DNA of 64,000 nt from Antedon mediterranea (lineage: Eukaryota > Animalia > Echinodermata), in the NCBI RefSeq assembly GCF_964355755.1, contig NC_092673.1, positions 17,481,648 to 17,545,647 on the forward strand, given 5' to 3'. The notes under the pieces were generated by a model. It was not told where the DNA came from and did not search any database. It saw only the letters and a list, made by a program, of their open reading frames with translations. The translations under genes were made by a program, and so were the position numbers. Positions 1-13,506 of this stretch are shown here, one piece after another; the stretch's first letter is position 1; the number at the start of each line of letters is the position of its first letter.

Positions 1-231
1 TATTAAAAACACCATAAACTAAAGGCCGATTATTTCGACAATCCACACAAAACGCCGCTATTCTTCAACAGCGGAGATAGGCCTAGAATCGTACCGCACT
101 TGTGTAATCACTTCTTGTTGCTATACGCTTGGGTGCACACGGAACAAGAAAATTTAACTGATGAATTATTCATGTTTATTTTGTGACGTTTCATGAGGGG
201 GTCCCCAACTTATGTACGAAAAAAAAAATCG
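1..231 (+). repeat. Copy of an internal segment of the 1618-4523 element, cut by the window edge
   Basis: 1-231 is essentially identical to 3200-3431 and is the reverse complement of part of 2258-2613. Confidence 0.85.
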
Positions 232-1617
232 CTGCCTGGGCTAGGCCTAGTCCCTATCTCTATAGTACTACAGTAGGCCTATTAGGCTACTCTAGGAGGA
301 GAGGGCATAGCATGTAGAAGTTAGATATGGCTAGGCCTAGTAAGACTACAGATTAGTGGAGACCTAAGGTGTGCTATGGTCTATTATTAGGCTAGAAGGC
401 CTGCTTTACAGGAAGACCAAGCCGGCACTGATCCACAACTGCATTTGAATTTAACAGCGTTGCCAGCGATAAAATTTAAATTATGCCGTATCCTGTCTCA
501 AATAATGCCAGATTGGGAAAAATAATGCCAGATCCCCAAAATGTGGCCCTAAACAGCGCCACCAACGGTTGTATGTCTAATAAACGTTTGTAAAACCCCA
601 ACTGACACAAAATAGGGCCTAAAATTGTATCCCATGTCATACAAAATTTATATTTTTAGTTTTGTGAGTAATAACTAATAATTCTAAATATCTGGGGTGC
701 GAAAATGGTAATTGCAAATGACACCAACACCAACCAAAATTTGGAAAAATACAGCTACTCGATGGCCAGAAATGGCACTTAATTTAAAATATGAAATAAA
801 AATATATTTATTAGTGTCTCCATGATCTTAGCCCACCATAGTTCGAAAATGGCAATTATAATTTAAAATAGGAAATCAAAATATATATTAATTGTGTCTC
901 CAGGACCTCAGCCCCAACCATGGTGGGGCTGAGGTAAGAAAATTTGAAAAATATAGAGCTGCTCAATGGCCGGAAATGGCACTTAGGCCTAATTTCAAAT
1001 ATAAAATAAAAATATATTTATTAGTACCTCCAGGATCTTAGCCCATGATAGTTTTGAAAGTGGCAATTATAATTTAAAATAGGAAATAAAAATATATATT
1101 AAGTGTTTCCAGGACCTCAGCCCCACCATGGTTGGGGCTGAGGTAAAACAAATTGGAAAAATAGAGCTGCTAGATGGCCGGAAATTGCACTTAATTTTAA
1201 ATAACAATGTATAAGAGTCCCAAGGACCTCGCCCCATCATGGTCACTGAGAGGTGAAGAAAATTTGGAAATATAGGGTTGCTACGACGATGCAAATAGAA
1301 CATAATTTGAAATAGGGAAAACAAATTCTCTAGAAGAAATTCTTTTTAAAATTAGTTACGTAATTTCAGCGTAAAAAAACTGTCGGTTTCAAATGTACGT
1401 ACGGCAGGACTATAAAACATTGTCGTTTACAGAAACAAATAAATAGACACAATGATTTATGTAGTCAACCAAAATTAGCACCTAGAAACTTGTCACAAAA
1501 TGAGTCGAAATTTGTTATTTAAAAAACCCAATTTTGTTAAATTATTCTTTATATTTCTTTATTATCCAATCATTAACGAAATATTTTTTTATAGGCCTAT
1601 AAATAATATACCACTAA

Positions 1618-4523
1618 CAGGCCTCGAATTTTACCGCGGCCACCGCGGCCAGTGCCGTCGGTGCCCTCCCAGTTGGCCTCAATGCCCTCGAAAATGAATA
1701 GCACCCACGGCCACTACTGGCCTGCCCTTTTTTTTGCGTTGGCCGCGAGTGCCCTTCCCGAGTTTTACCACAATAAAAACCACTGAATTAGATAGAAAAT
1801 AATGTCAAGAAGATTTGTTTACACGACTCGGACGAGACGCAAAACTATCGCCTGTCTTCGTTGCAAGGGGATTTCCCTAAACGCATTTATTAATACACAA
1901 ACAGTAAACAAAACATCGAACATTGCAATAGGGTAACCAAAACAATATCATCCCGGCCGCCGTGCGTGGTAAATCATGGTATAGATAGTACATTAAAATA
2001 CAGGGGTGTAAACTTTTAATAATCAAGCTAAAAACGTTCCTCGATCGGAGGTTACTGAAAGTATTAAAGTCGCACAATAATCGAGCTAGCCGCCTTCGAT
2101 GAAAAAAATATTACACGCACTCCTAGCTAGCCTAGCCTATCCTCCCGCCGCCGCCGATCCGGTCGATCGAACACACGCAATTCAATGCATTGGGAAAACA
2201 ATTCTATTTGACGCACACGACGCACCCTCTGATAAGAAATTTCACACACAACCGGCCGCGATTTTTTTTTTCGTACATAAGTTGGGGACCCCATCATGAA
2301 ACGTCACAAAATAAACATGAATAATTCATCAGTTAAATTTTCTTGTTCCGTGTGCACCCAAGCGTATAGCAACAAGAAGTGATTACACAAGTGCGGTACG
2401 ATTCTAGGCCTATCTCCGCTGATTTCATAATAGAATAGCGGAGTTTTGTGTGGATTGTCGAAATAATCAGCCTTTAGTTTATGGTGTTTTTAATATAGTT
2501 TATTACTAAAGAATTACGTGTTAAAATTATAGTTTCTATTGATACTATTAGGCCTAATTACTAGTCTCTAAACCCCTGTATATTCTAGTAGTAGCTGTGT
2601 GGGTGTGTGTGACTTGTGTCTTTGGGCTATGTCCAATTAGCTGTCGATTAGCCTCGACACATTTTGCATAGTGGACGTGTGTGTGAAGAAGAGTGTGCGC
2701 GAAGGCAATCACGTGAATTGACCTAGAATCCTAGGCCTATTATTGTAGAAAGAATCGTATCGCAGTTGTTGTTCCGTGTGCACCCAAGCGTTCTTGGACA
2801 TAGCCCAAAGAAAGCTTAGACCCACAAGAATAAAGAATGTGTATAATTTGTGTACTGTATTTTTTTAATTCTGCTATCAATTATCAAACAATATGCAATG
2901 TACTCAAAGGAACTTTAAAAATGCGCGTATATGAACACATGAGATGGGAAGATTTGACCCACGAGAATAAAAAATGTATTTTTGTGTAATGTGTATTGTT
3001 TAATTTTGCTGACTTATTACTCGGATTGTGTCATACCAAAGATAGTGTAACTATCTTTGGTCATACCTAACACACACACACGTCACACACATCCACACAG
3101 CTACTACTAGAATAGACATGGGTTTAGAGACTAATAATTAGGCCTAATAGTATTAATAGAAACTATAATTTTAACACGTAATTCTTTGGTAATAAATTAT
3201 ATTAAAAACACCATAAACTAAAGGCCGATTATTTCGACAATCCACACAAAACGCCGCTATTCTTCAACAGCGGAGATAGGCCTAGAATCGTACCGCACTT
3301 GTGTAATCACTTCTTGTTGCTATACGCTTGGGTGCACACGGAACAAGAAAATTTAACTGATGAATTATTCATGTTTATTTTGTGACGTTTCATGAGGGGG
3401 TCCCCAACTTATGTACGAAAAAAAAAATCGCCAACCGGCCACCGGCGGGCCGCGCGAAGGATCGGCGGATCGTTGGAAAAACAATTCCTTTTGACGTACA
3501 CGCACCCTCTGAGAAGAAAATACCATGTGCGTTCATGCATGGTGTAGTCCATTATACGTGTAAAATTAGGGGTGTTTACCTTTAGCACCAAAGTTAAACC
3601 TGCACCTCAACCCGAAGATCGTTTGAAGTATATCATATTTATATTTTATCGCACCCACCTCAATAATCCAGCAGACAGATCATCGAAAAATCTTGTTTAA
3701 CAACGTCGTACACTAAATTACCAAACGCGTTTTTACCGAATTCAAGGAAATGGTATAGTCCAGAATACACGTGCCGAAGGCTAAACAGAGAGAGAAAGGG
3801 GTCGGTGTCCGTCCGTGTTTTGAATTCTTATAAATATGGGTTATACTAACAAAAAAGCTTCAGAAATCGAAACTCGGAAATAACTATAATTTATATTCTA
3901 CTACATAATGTAATTGGCTTGATTTTTATCGTGGTTAACACTCTGTGTATGAATAGTTGTAGGTAAGGCCTACAAACAAATTGTTTTTGTATCATGTTTT
4001 CTCCGTCGGCTGCTAGCTAAGTAAGGCTGAGTAGCTTGCTGTTGTAAGGGTTTTTATACCTGTTCCGGGCCTTACTTGGTTGGCTTCACATGCCTTTTTA
4101 TCGCATTATTTGAAACTAAATGAAACATTCAACACAGGACGGTAAACTATAAACGCTGAACATCGTACCTATTTATTATTTATATGGATCGTAAATACAC
4201 GTAATATTTATATGAAATACAAAAAGATGATGTATTGTAGACAGTCTACTACTACTCCGCGATCTGATGAATAGGGGGAAATCCCAAAACATTTTGCGGG
4301 TAGAATTTTTTTTTTTTGGAAAAAAATTCCACCCTCAACCGGAAACAGGCTATTTTTAAATTTTGGCCTAGTTATTAAAATATTTTTAAATTTTGGCCTT
4401 GGTGCCCCTTTGATTTAAAACAAATGGCCTTGGTGCCCTCCCATTTGGCCTTGGTGCCCCTAAAATCAATGAAAACCGGAGGCCAAATGGCCTTGCCCCT
4501 AAAATCCCCAAATTCGAGGCCTG
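1618..4523. mobile_element. Non-autonomous TIR DNA transposon with 6-bp TSD (hAT6-like)
   Basis: 14-bp TIR CAGGCCTCGAATTT / AAATTCGAGGCCTG; TSD CACTAA at 1612-1617 and 4524-4529, with the empty site present in the Helitron copy at ~30640; subterminal TGGCCTTGGTGCCC-type repeats; no transposase ORF. The superfamily call rests on termini and TSD length only. Confidence 0.75.
2258..3432. repeat. Long inverted repeat (~350-bp arms, 2258-2613 vs ~3081-3432) inside the hAT6-like element
   Basis: Direct reverse-complement match, e.g. TTCGTACATAAGTTGGGGACCCC vs GGGGTCCCCAACTTATGTACGAA. Confidence 0.85.
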
Positions 4524-5611
4524 CACTAAATAGAGTAAAACATTTCCGATTTAATACTTTATTAAAACTGTCACTGTCTCATGGTCGATTGAAATGGTAA
4601 AGTACATTTAAAGACCACTAATACGTTTATATTTTTGTAATTATTAATTAATACAAACGTTGAGAAACAATTGACAGTAATAAAGTATTATATTATTATG
4701 TGTTTATAATCTAAAAGTAGGGACTACCCACATTCACAGTGATAAAGTTTATTAGTATATTTGTTTATATTATATCTAACAGTACCAACACACTTTTGAT
4801 TCAAATGGCGATCAAAAGTGGTTAATACCTATTTGCAGTATTGTATAGCATTACAATACTATTTCTGTTTATTCTCCAAGGGTCTATAAATTTACCTACT
4901 TGTGTTAAACCATGGAGGTATGCAATAATTTGGAATGTTCCATTCATTGAAAATCAATACATTTCTATAAACGTATATTAAATCTATCAAAATAGTATTT
5001 TTTAAAGAAAATCGGCCTGTCTTCAACATTATGATGCTGTACTCTAGCTGTTCAACCGGTTTTCAGCTATTAAAAACAATTATCATAGGAGGAGATAGGA
5101 AAATGCGAAGCCTCCTCGCATTTTTGTGGCGGGTATTTTTCAAGATGGACATCCATTAGACAGTGTATACCACGATCGGAAAACACCCTATTTGGGGCAA
5201 ATCGTTGAACCTAAATTCGTTTTAATCGTCAATAACTACTTTTTTTTTTTTCTCTTTTGTGGCGCAAACACCACTTTTATTCACATTCATATTATCTCAT
5301 ATTACATAAAATCGTATTATTTAACTTGTAAATGTCGTTACAGTTCATAAGTAACATTTTTACATATATGAATTCTGTATTACTCCTTTTTTCATTAATT
5401 TTCGTATATTTTGTTATACACTTGACAGGATCATCATTGTCATCTATCCCGTTTTAAAATAGGTCACACATTTTCATTTGTTTGTTTTCATTTTACAACC
5501 CGGATTATACAATATATTTATATACATGATAAAAAAAACAATAATAACTCAGTACCACCAGTAACCCGTATCACTGTAATTCTTTTTCGGTTAATCGTAT
5601 CAAATTAGAAA

Positions 5612-8135
5612 TTATATTATCATAATCTTATTTCTTAAAGCTACCCATTTTTCTATACTTGTTTCTTTATTGTTATATGTTTCACATTCAATGTTATATA
5701 ACATATTGCTTTTAAATGAATTCCATAAAGATTTACCCACTGGCTTATTTAGTGCAGATAACATTTTTATTCTATAAATAGTAAATGCTGCAAAAGTGTA
5801 AATATAATCTATTAGCTTATCTCCCGTTCCTAGTATTAATTGTTTAAATGATATATTATTGTGATTTAAACTTACAAAGATACTAAGCATTTTCCTCCAA
5901 TATTTCTGAATAAATCTACAACTAAAAAACAAATGATTTTCATTTTCAATTTCTCCACATTTGTCACACGTTTGTGTTCCTTAACTTTCCACTGATACAG
6001 CCGTTTGTTGGTAGGCAGTATTCTATGTAACATCTTATAATTGAATTGTGCTAGTTTCTTATCTTTCATTTTACATACTTTCCGTAACCAAGAAGTTTTC
6101 CAATCAATGTTGTTATCATTGAAGTACTCTTCCCATTTTAGTTGTGACATTGGAATAATGAAATATTCTTTCACAAACCATGAGTATATTAGTTTGGTAG
6201 TATTAATCTCATACTTGGTCCCAACTAATTCATCATTATCATCACAATTGAAAATATCTACCTCCTTAATAATACGTTTCCATTGAATTGGTATTGCCTT
6301 AATAATGCACAAATACTCATTTAACCAGTTTGTTTTACATTGTAGTTTCACCAGTATTTCGTTTGATGTTAAAAAAGTGTTCTTATTAACAATGTCTTTA
6401 ATACTGATAATGCCACTGTCAATCCAATGCTTGTAGAAAAGCGATTTTTTTTTAGTTTAACGTAGTGGTTTCCCCACAGTTGCTCATTCATTATATCGTT
6501 ATAAGTTTCAGGGTTTTTTTTAGAGATTCTGTTATAATTTATGTAGGCTTTTATCATATTTTTGTAAAACAGTGGAATTTTATCAGAATTAACATCAATA
6601 ATGTTATAACATGACATATTAAGTAAAACATTAACATCACATATTTTTTTAATATAATACATTGGAATATTTTTCCATTTAGCACCATCATCATTCATAA
6701 TTCTTTTTAACCAGCCACACATGAGTGCGTTAACATGAAGAGTAAAATCAGGCATTTTAATGCCTCCCATCTCAACATCACCAATTAGAGTTTTTCTTTT
6801 TATCTTTTCCCTTTTATTGTTCCAAATAAAATTATATATTAGATTTGTAACTTGTGTATATACATATTTTGGAACATCAGTGATATTTGCAGCATATGTT
6901 AATTTAGATAGTGCAAGAATTTTCAGGATTATTATTCTACCAAAAATTGAGAGATTTCTAGCATTCCATTGTTTTAAAGTCTTTTCTAGCTCTATTAATT
7001 TAACATCCCAGTTTTTTCTGGTACATTCTTCTGTATTATATCCTACATATATGCCTAAAATTTTGATCGGGTGTTTTACCCAATTTAATTCTAAAGGTCT
7101 ATCTATTCTGTTCTTCCATTTACCAATCCAAAAAGCATTGGTTTTTTTTTTATTTAGAGTCATTCCAGATACTTCACAAAAACGTTCAATTACACTGACT
7201 GCTGACTTAATACTTTTGTCATTACCAACATACAAAACAGTATCATCGGCTAATTGGCTTATTCTAGCTTCTATGTTATTTTCATTATTTGGAAGTTTAA
7301 TACCCTTATAGTCATCTTTGTTTCTTATTCTAGATGCCATTACTTCAACCACTAAAATGAATAACAGAGCAGATAGAGGACAACCTTGTCTAATACCTCT
7401 TTCCATTTTAAAATTGTTTGAAACCCAACCATTGTTAACTGTGACACATTCAACGTTATTGTATAATACTTTTACCCAGTTACAAAAGAACATTCCAAAG
7501 TTAAACTTTTCTAGAACATTGAACATAAAATCTCTACTAATAGAGTCAAAAGCCTTCTTAAAATCTACGGTAATTATTGCCCCTTCGATATCATTACACT
7601 CTGTATAATAAAGCAGGTCTTCTATTAACCGAATGTTTTCACCAGCGAAACGGCCTTTTATATAACCTTTTTGGTCTGAACTTACTATTGATTTAATAAC
7701 CATTTTAAGTCTGTTACTTAATACATGTGCAAGAATTTTGTAATCGGTGTTTAAGAGGGTAATGGGACGCCAATTATTCAAATTTTCTCTTTCTCCATCC
7801 TTGAACAAAAGGGTGATTACACCTCGTTTTTGCGAAAAGGATAATTCTTGAGAATTATAACTTTCATTTAACGCATCGCAAATTAAATGTTTAATATTAT
7901 TCCAAAAGAACACATAAAATTCAACACTTAGACCATCCGATCCAGGTGTTTTATTTTTTCCCATCATTGAAATGGCCTTTTTACATTCATCAATAGTGAC
8001 GTAACCTTCACAATTTTCTTTTTCTATTTCTGAAAGCTTGTTTATAGTAGAATTACAAAGGTATTTATTAATTTTTCCAGGGTTTATAACATTTTTTGCG
8101 TATAAACCTTCGAAATGTTGTATTTGTTCCTTTAA
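5612..8135 (-). pseudogene. Tx1-like ORF2, RT and C-terminal part (frameshifted near 6450 and 5970)
   Basis: Motifs KTPGSDG, NWRPITLLNTDYKI, DFKKAFD, GIRQGCPLS, LADD, QFNYKMLHRILPT across ORFs 6369-7967, 5872-6351 and 5612-5932. Confidence 0.9.
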
Positions 8136-11061
8136 AATGGATATGAAAGGATTTTAAAATTTCACAAAAAGGACTTTGTATGAATCCTTTTAATGTTAAT
8201 AAACAGCACACAAAAAATTAGATTCAAATACCTAGTAGAAATTGAGAAACAAACAAATTAAATTTTGGTATAAAACGTCCGCAAAATGGCCGACCAACTG
8301 GCACGCCATCTTAATTTTTATGAACGTTCTATACGCACGTACGAGATCGTCAAATTTAGAGTTTGAAACACCCGGGGTTGTAGCCACGGCAGCAGTCGTT
8401 TTGTGATTGGTTAATGAATTTTAATACAGTCCAATCACCGCCTTGTCTCGTTCGCGGACTGTGTGGTGTAAACAAAATAAACAAACCCATGCTACACGAG
8501 ACTCGCGTGTTGCAAGCTCCCTGTTGCTGCAGTCGTAGAAAATATCGATATTTCACAAATCAATAAAAAGTTATGTCTGCAAAGATTGTACGTGAAAAGA
8601 AGAAAGTGTGTATTTGTACTTCTCACACTAAACCACTCACGCAGACTACAAATTAGGCTAGGTCTAGTAGACTATAGTTTCTTCTAAATTCGCTAGTAGT
8701 AGGCTAGGCCTACACATGGAGTTACTCCATGGCCTACAGTACAAGAGAGTAGCAGTCGCCGGTCCACCGACGAACCTCCAGGAAGTGGACAAGGCGCGGG
8801 CGTAGACGTATGTAAAAGGCGACGTAAATAAAAAAGGTAAGCTTGTGTTGAACTTGTTTTTGGCTCTGACTTTTGTTATTGACTAATATAGTAATATAAT
8901 AATACTAATAATTAAAGTAGAGGAGGTGAGGCCGAGAGGATTATTATAGTTTAGTTAGTAACTGTAGTGTAATTAAATAATATTAATAACCTCTTTCTGT
9001 TTGTTACCAAGTCATAAAATATAATACTATAGGGCCTAGAGGTAGGATTGAATAAAAATAATAGTACATTTTCGTCCATTTATTGGTCTTATCTTTGCAG
9101 ATTTATGGAATCAACAGTACATGAGATGGCTTTGAAGAACTGTAATAGTACTAGTAATAAAATTGTAAACATCAAATTATATGGCAGAAATAGTGTGTGG
9201 AATGAATTTTATTGAACAAATGTATCATAATGAGTTTGGAACAAGCAGGATTTTTCAAACAGGACATAAATTACTTTTGAGACCTGAGTGATACATTTTA
9301 ATTCTATCAACACCAGCCAGCTCCATCATATTCAAGAGATGGATTCTTTCATAAATGTCCATTGTACATAGTATTTGGCTAAATAAATAAAAAAAGAAGT
9401 ACAGTAGTGGTTTATTTGTTTATATACCCAGACCCATTTAATGGTTAAAAACAAACACTATATGATGCACTGCTACTAGTGTACTGTCTGGTAGTACATT
9501 ACCATAGTTACAGTATGACTGTAACCCTAGCACTCGCGTCTAAAGAATTCTATTATGCATATTTTACTATTCTTCATAAATATTTAGTTCTGTAATTTTA
9601 ATTGTCTGCGCTCATTCTATACTTGGTGTCTTAGTATACTGCATAAATGTATCGTGCAAGCATGATCCAAGTAGCATCTATTATAAAGTACTCTGGGTAT
9701 CTTTCTATTCACCTGAAAAAAGGAAAATGAATAAGCACATGTTTATCTGCCCTCAAAACAAAATAATAATTTAGTATAATGTATTATGTAGGTTTGATCA
9801 ACAGTTTAAAATAGCAATGCTCAGTATCTGTTACCTTAATATTATAATTTTACTCTAACATTTGCGCTTCCATTCCAATCAATAAATACATTTGCTTATC
9901 CCGTCCATCAATTATCATAATTGCACTCCAATTATAGACCTGTAGGTAGGTAAAAATACAAATGAATTGTTTATTTACTGTATACTGTACTGTATATTGT
10001 ACTGTATATGATACAAGCTGAAATACCCCTAACTAGGCCTGGCCTGTTATAACCTTTATTACTACATTAGAGAAAATCCAACTCTATTCATTTTATTGGG
10101 AATCATAATACAGTATTTAGTATTCAGTGTTGCCTAGCCTACTAGCTAGTAGGGCGGCATGTAATAACAAAAAAATATTTTAATAATACGTTAGTCAGGA
10201 CACTACAGCACACAACAATATTATTAATAAACGTACTTATAAATAATGTGTATATACATAATACAGTAACACAATTGTGCCTACCATTAACACCCTCAAC
10301 GATACATCAAGGAGCATACGCTCTCAGCTCACCTCTGGCCGGGCGACTAAACACCGTATCCAGCAGTCATCACTACTAAAAAGGCCTAGCCTAGGCCTAG
10401 CTAGCTCCAGGCCATGGCATTGTCAAACACCATTTACTCGTCCAACCGTTTCTTCAAAACGATGTTAACACCCGTGTTAACAAGACGATGTGGACGAATT
10501 TCCATCAATTTCAGTTAATTACAACGAAATAATAATAAAATGAATGTTTCAATAATACGTGTATAATAAATAGCGAAATAAACATCGCTCGCGAGAGGAG
10601 GAGGGTCGAGAGAGAGGCCAAGGTGGTCGACTCTGTGATTCTCACGCATGCGCAAAATAACTCCGTGTACCCAGCAAGATAGGCATTTGGCTATGAATTT
10701 CGTAAAAGATGGCCTTGAAAAACGAAATTAAAATCCGTTAAAAAAAAAACTTGGTTGATAATATGAATTAATTTTATTCGATTAGGCTAACATACTTATC
10801 CAAGAATAAAAATATCAAAGCAATAAGTAATTACTACCATGCTTTTGCATCAATCAATGATTTACTGCTAAATTCCTATCTCTGTAATACAAAAATAACT
10901 TTTAGTGACGTCACAAAAAGTTTTTCACAGGTTTCTCAGGGGCGTTTTGAGGGCGTTGTCGTCCTCCAAAACATTAAGTATGACTATGGCAAGCTTAAAA
11001 CTGATTGATCTACACGTTGAGCCAATAAAATGATATTGCTAGGAACCCTTTCATATCCATT
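8136..11061. mobile_element. Non-autonomous Kolobok-like DNA transposon (2.9 kb)
   Basis: 15-bp TIR AATGGATATGAAAGG / CCTTTCATATCCATT; TTAA TSD at 8132-8135 and 11062-11065. Purine-purine termini favour Kolobok over piggyBac (CCY termini). Confidence 0.8.
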
Positions 11062-11813
11062 TTAAGATATCAATTGGGCTCGTTGCTAAGCTCCCATCTT
11101 TAGTAATTAAACTTTTTATGTGTTTCTTTTTACTTTTGGATCTTTCTAACCCAAGAAAGTATTTTGTATTCCGCTCGCCTTCCTCTATCCATTTTACTCT
11201 GGACCTAATTTGCGCGCCTTTTGCTTCTACATTATAAATGTTTTCAAGCTCTATTTTTTTGTTTTCAATTTTATTTTCAATGGTTATATCACAATTTTGA
11301 GTATTCATAATTGTTTCATTTAAGTTTTTTATTTGTTTTTGTAATTTTTCTTTCTTTTTATTCTGGTTTTTATTTTTTTGTTTTCCGTATGCAATTGAAA
11401 ATTCTTTTATTTTTGTTTTTACAAGCTCCCATAACAAACTTGCACTTACAGGTTCTCTATTATTTTTTAGTATTGAAACATCAATTATTTTAATTACTAA
11501 TTTTGTAAATGTTTCATCTTTCAGAAAGCTATTGTTGAACATCCATAAACCAGGACCGCGTATTTTTTCATGCAAATCTATTTTAATTGATACCGCCTGG
11601 TGATCTGTGAGAATGGCTGGACGAATGTCACAGGCTAAAACATCTCCATTTGAAAAGAGATCTTCTGATATTAACCAGTAATCCAGCCTACGGAAAATGT
11701 TGTTAAATCTCTTACGCCACGTAAATTGTCGCTTATTCATGTTTTTGGATCTCCAAATATCATTTAAATTTAAATTTTTCATTAGGTTTTTAATCGTAAA
11801 AACAGAGTTATCT
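11062..11813 (-). pseudogene. Tx1-like ORF2, C-terminal half of APE endonuclease plus linker
   Basis: FTW, RLDYWLIS, TDHQAV, GPGLWMFNNSFL, RSRVKWIEEGERNTKYF. It reads through PIDILK|EQIQHF into the 8135 segment when 8136-11065 is removed. Confidence 0.9.
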
Positions 11814-13289
11814 GTCAATAACTACTTATCTAACTTAATTTAATTAGTAAACAGGGTTACATTAGGTGGTTAAAATCAGTACCGAAAGTACGAACCAACT
11901 TTATATACCATCGAGTAAAAATTCTAGAAGTAAGGCGCAGTTTACCGAATTTTGCCCTTACGCTGGGGATCCAATAACCTGCATGGTCTCTGAAATAGAG
12001 CAACATAATTGGCCAATAGCTAGCCTCTTCGGATTTGTTGTGCTGCCTATATCGCAGACACGGTAGTTTTTGAGCAGCCTTCCTATCCGAAGAGTCGATT
12101 AAGTCCGAAACGAAAGGATGGAAGAACTATTGTACGGAAAACCCGAACAGATCTGTTTTGTATGATATGATATTGTGTAAGGTGATATGTATTAACAAAA
12201 TATTTTATTTTTGTTCTGTGGTATATTATTTTTTTGGTTGTTCAAAAAACACAAAATTATGCCAGATTATGCTAAAAACGGCTAAATAATGCCGCGGCAT
12301 TATGCCAGATGCCGTGGGCCTCCAAATAATGCCAAAAAGCATAATAATGCCAGAAATGGCAACTATGATTTGAAATCGGTTGCGTTTCTAATCAGTTGCA
12401 TATGGCATGCCAAATGTGCCTTATGTATATTTTCTTTTGCTTATTCCTCCAAGGTCATACCGTATGCAAACCAAAGGCTTCCATTGGTACACTAAGAGAC
12501 GTAAAAAAATGAATTCATAAAAAATGCAATATATATGTTATGTACCCACTATATCTTTTATTATTGTTCTGAAAAAATGATAAATAATAATGATATACAT
12601 TTCCATAAATTTATAAATGAACATATTTCACATTTTCTGTAGGAAATTTAACTGAAAATATTGGAATCTAATAACCAGGCCATTTACTTGGGTGTTTATA
12701 TTGTTAAGTTGTAATAAATTGCAGTTGATAAAGTAATTATTAACAATAACTAGATATCAATATGTTATTACAAAATAGACAAAATATCATTACAAAAATG
12801 TACTTAAGATTTAAAAATAAATCACTTTGGGAATTGACAATTTAATAATTATCATCGTCAAATTGACCTATTAATATTTTTTCACATTTTAATTTTTCCT
12901 TTTCTCTTCATGTCAAGCAATTTCTGTTTTTTTCTTCATCACGTCTGTTTAATAGTGAGGTCTCTCCTTTCAATTAGTTTAGTATGTCAACTTAGTCTAG
13001 GTTCTAGAATGTGTTTTGACATATTAACAATAAATAAATATATTGCCACATATGGCGTTTCATACGTATAATGTTAATTGATAGATCATCGAAAAAAAAC
13101 ACAGTAGTCTCCAAACAAAAATTGAAACGCTATCTGGTGGACTGACATAAAAAAGAGAATATAAACTACAGACTTGGAGCATGGATTAAAGAATAGAAGA
13201 ATATACATCAGTTTGAGATCAAGGGTTCCATGACTCTAGCCGACAGAGCGCGGACCGCCCACAATGTTACATTGACTATAGTTGCATTT

Positions 13290-13506
13290 CTGCCGTACTT
13301 TGAGAAAAGGCATTATCTACAAAAAGGTACTTTTTTGTTTATTTATAAAAAACATACAAATAATATTCTATTTCTAAATGTATAGTCTTGAGAAGAACAT
13401 CAAACAAAAATATGCCATGTATGGTCAATTCAGATGTTAAGTTATGCTCTTAAAAATCTCAATTTCGAAAAAAATGTAGATAATACCTTTTCTCAAAGTA
13501 CGGCAG
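13290..13506. mobile_element. Sola1-like MITE
   Basis: TIR CTGCCGTACTTTGAGAAAA / TTTTCTCAAAGTACGGCAG with 4-bp TSD ATTT (the AWWT pattern of Sola1). Confidence 0.7.

Larger units (their letters stand above)
5242..11813 (-). mobile_element. 5'-truncated L1/Tx1-clade LINE interrupted by a Kolobok-like element
   Basis: Poly(A) tail (T-run at ~5241-5251); 14-bp TSD GTCAATAACTACTT at 5228-5241 and 11814-11827; ORF2 remnants with EN C-terminus, RT and C-terminal zf-RVT region. Confidence 0.92.
1360..11961 (-). mobile_element. Core of the non-autonomous Helitron family, in three pieces (1360-1617, 4524-5241, 11814-11961), lacking both Helitron termini
   Basis: The pieces are the colinear reverse complement of 29761-31072 / 55827-57015 and rejoin once the inserts and their TSDs are removed. 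Confidence 0.85.
455..12367 (+). mobile_element. Non-autonomous hAT-like DNA transposon split into a left part (455-~1359) and a right part (~11962-12367) by nested insertions
   Basis: Both parts match the intact copy at 17397-18849 (ends CAGCGTTGCCA...TGGCAACTATG, subterminal (A/T)ATGCC repeats, internal ~120-bp degenerate repeats at 730-1260). No clean TSD is visible on this copy. Confidence 0.8.

Noticed and set aside
6760-7608. 183-aa and 96-aa + strand ORFs, and similar antisense ORFs at 37977-38405 and 38552-39328
   Set aside because: Antisense shadows of retroelement coding sequence with no recognisable motifs.
8573-8656. Short ORF with VCICTSH resembling a THAP zinc-finger fragment
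   Set aside because: Only ~27 codons and lacks the other THAP residues; unsupported without a search.
8136-11061. piggyBac assignment based on the TTAA TSD
   Set aside because: Termini start with AA rather than CCY, which fits Kolobok better.
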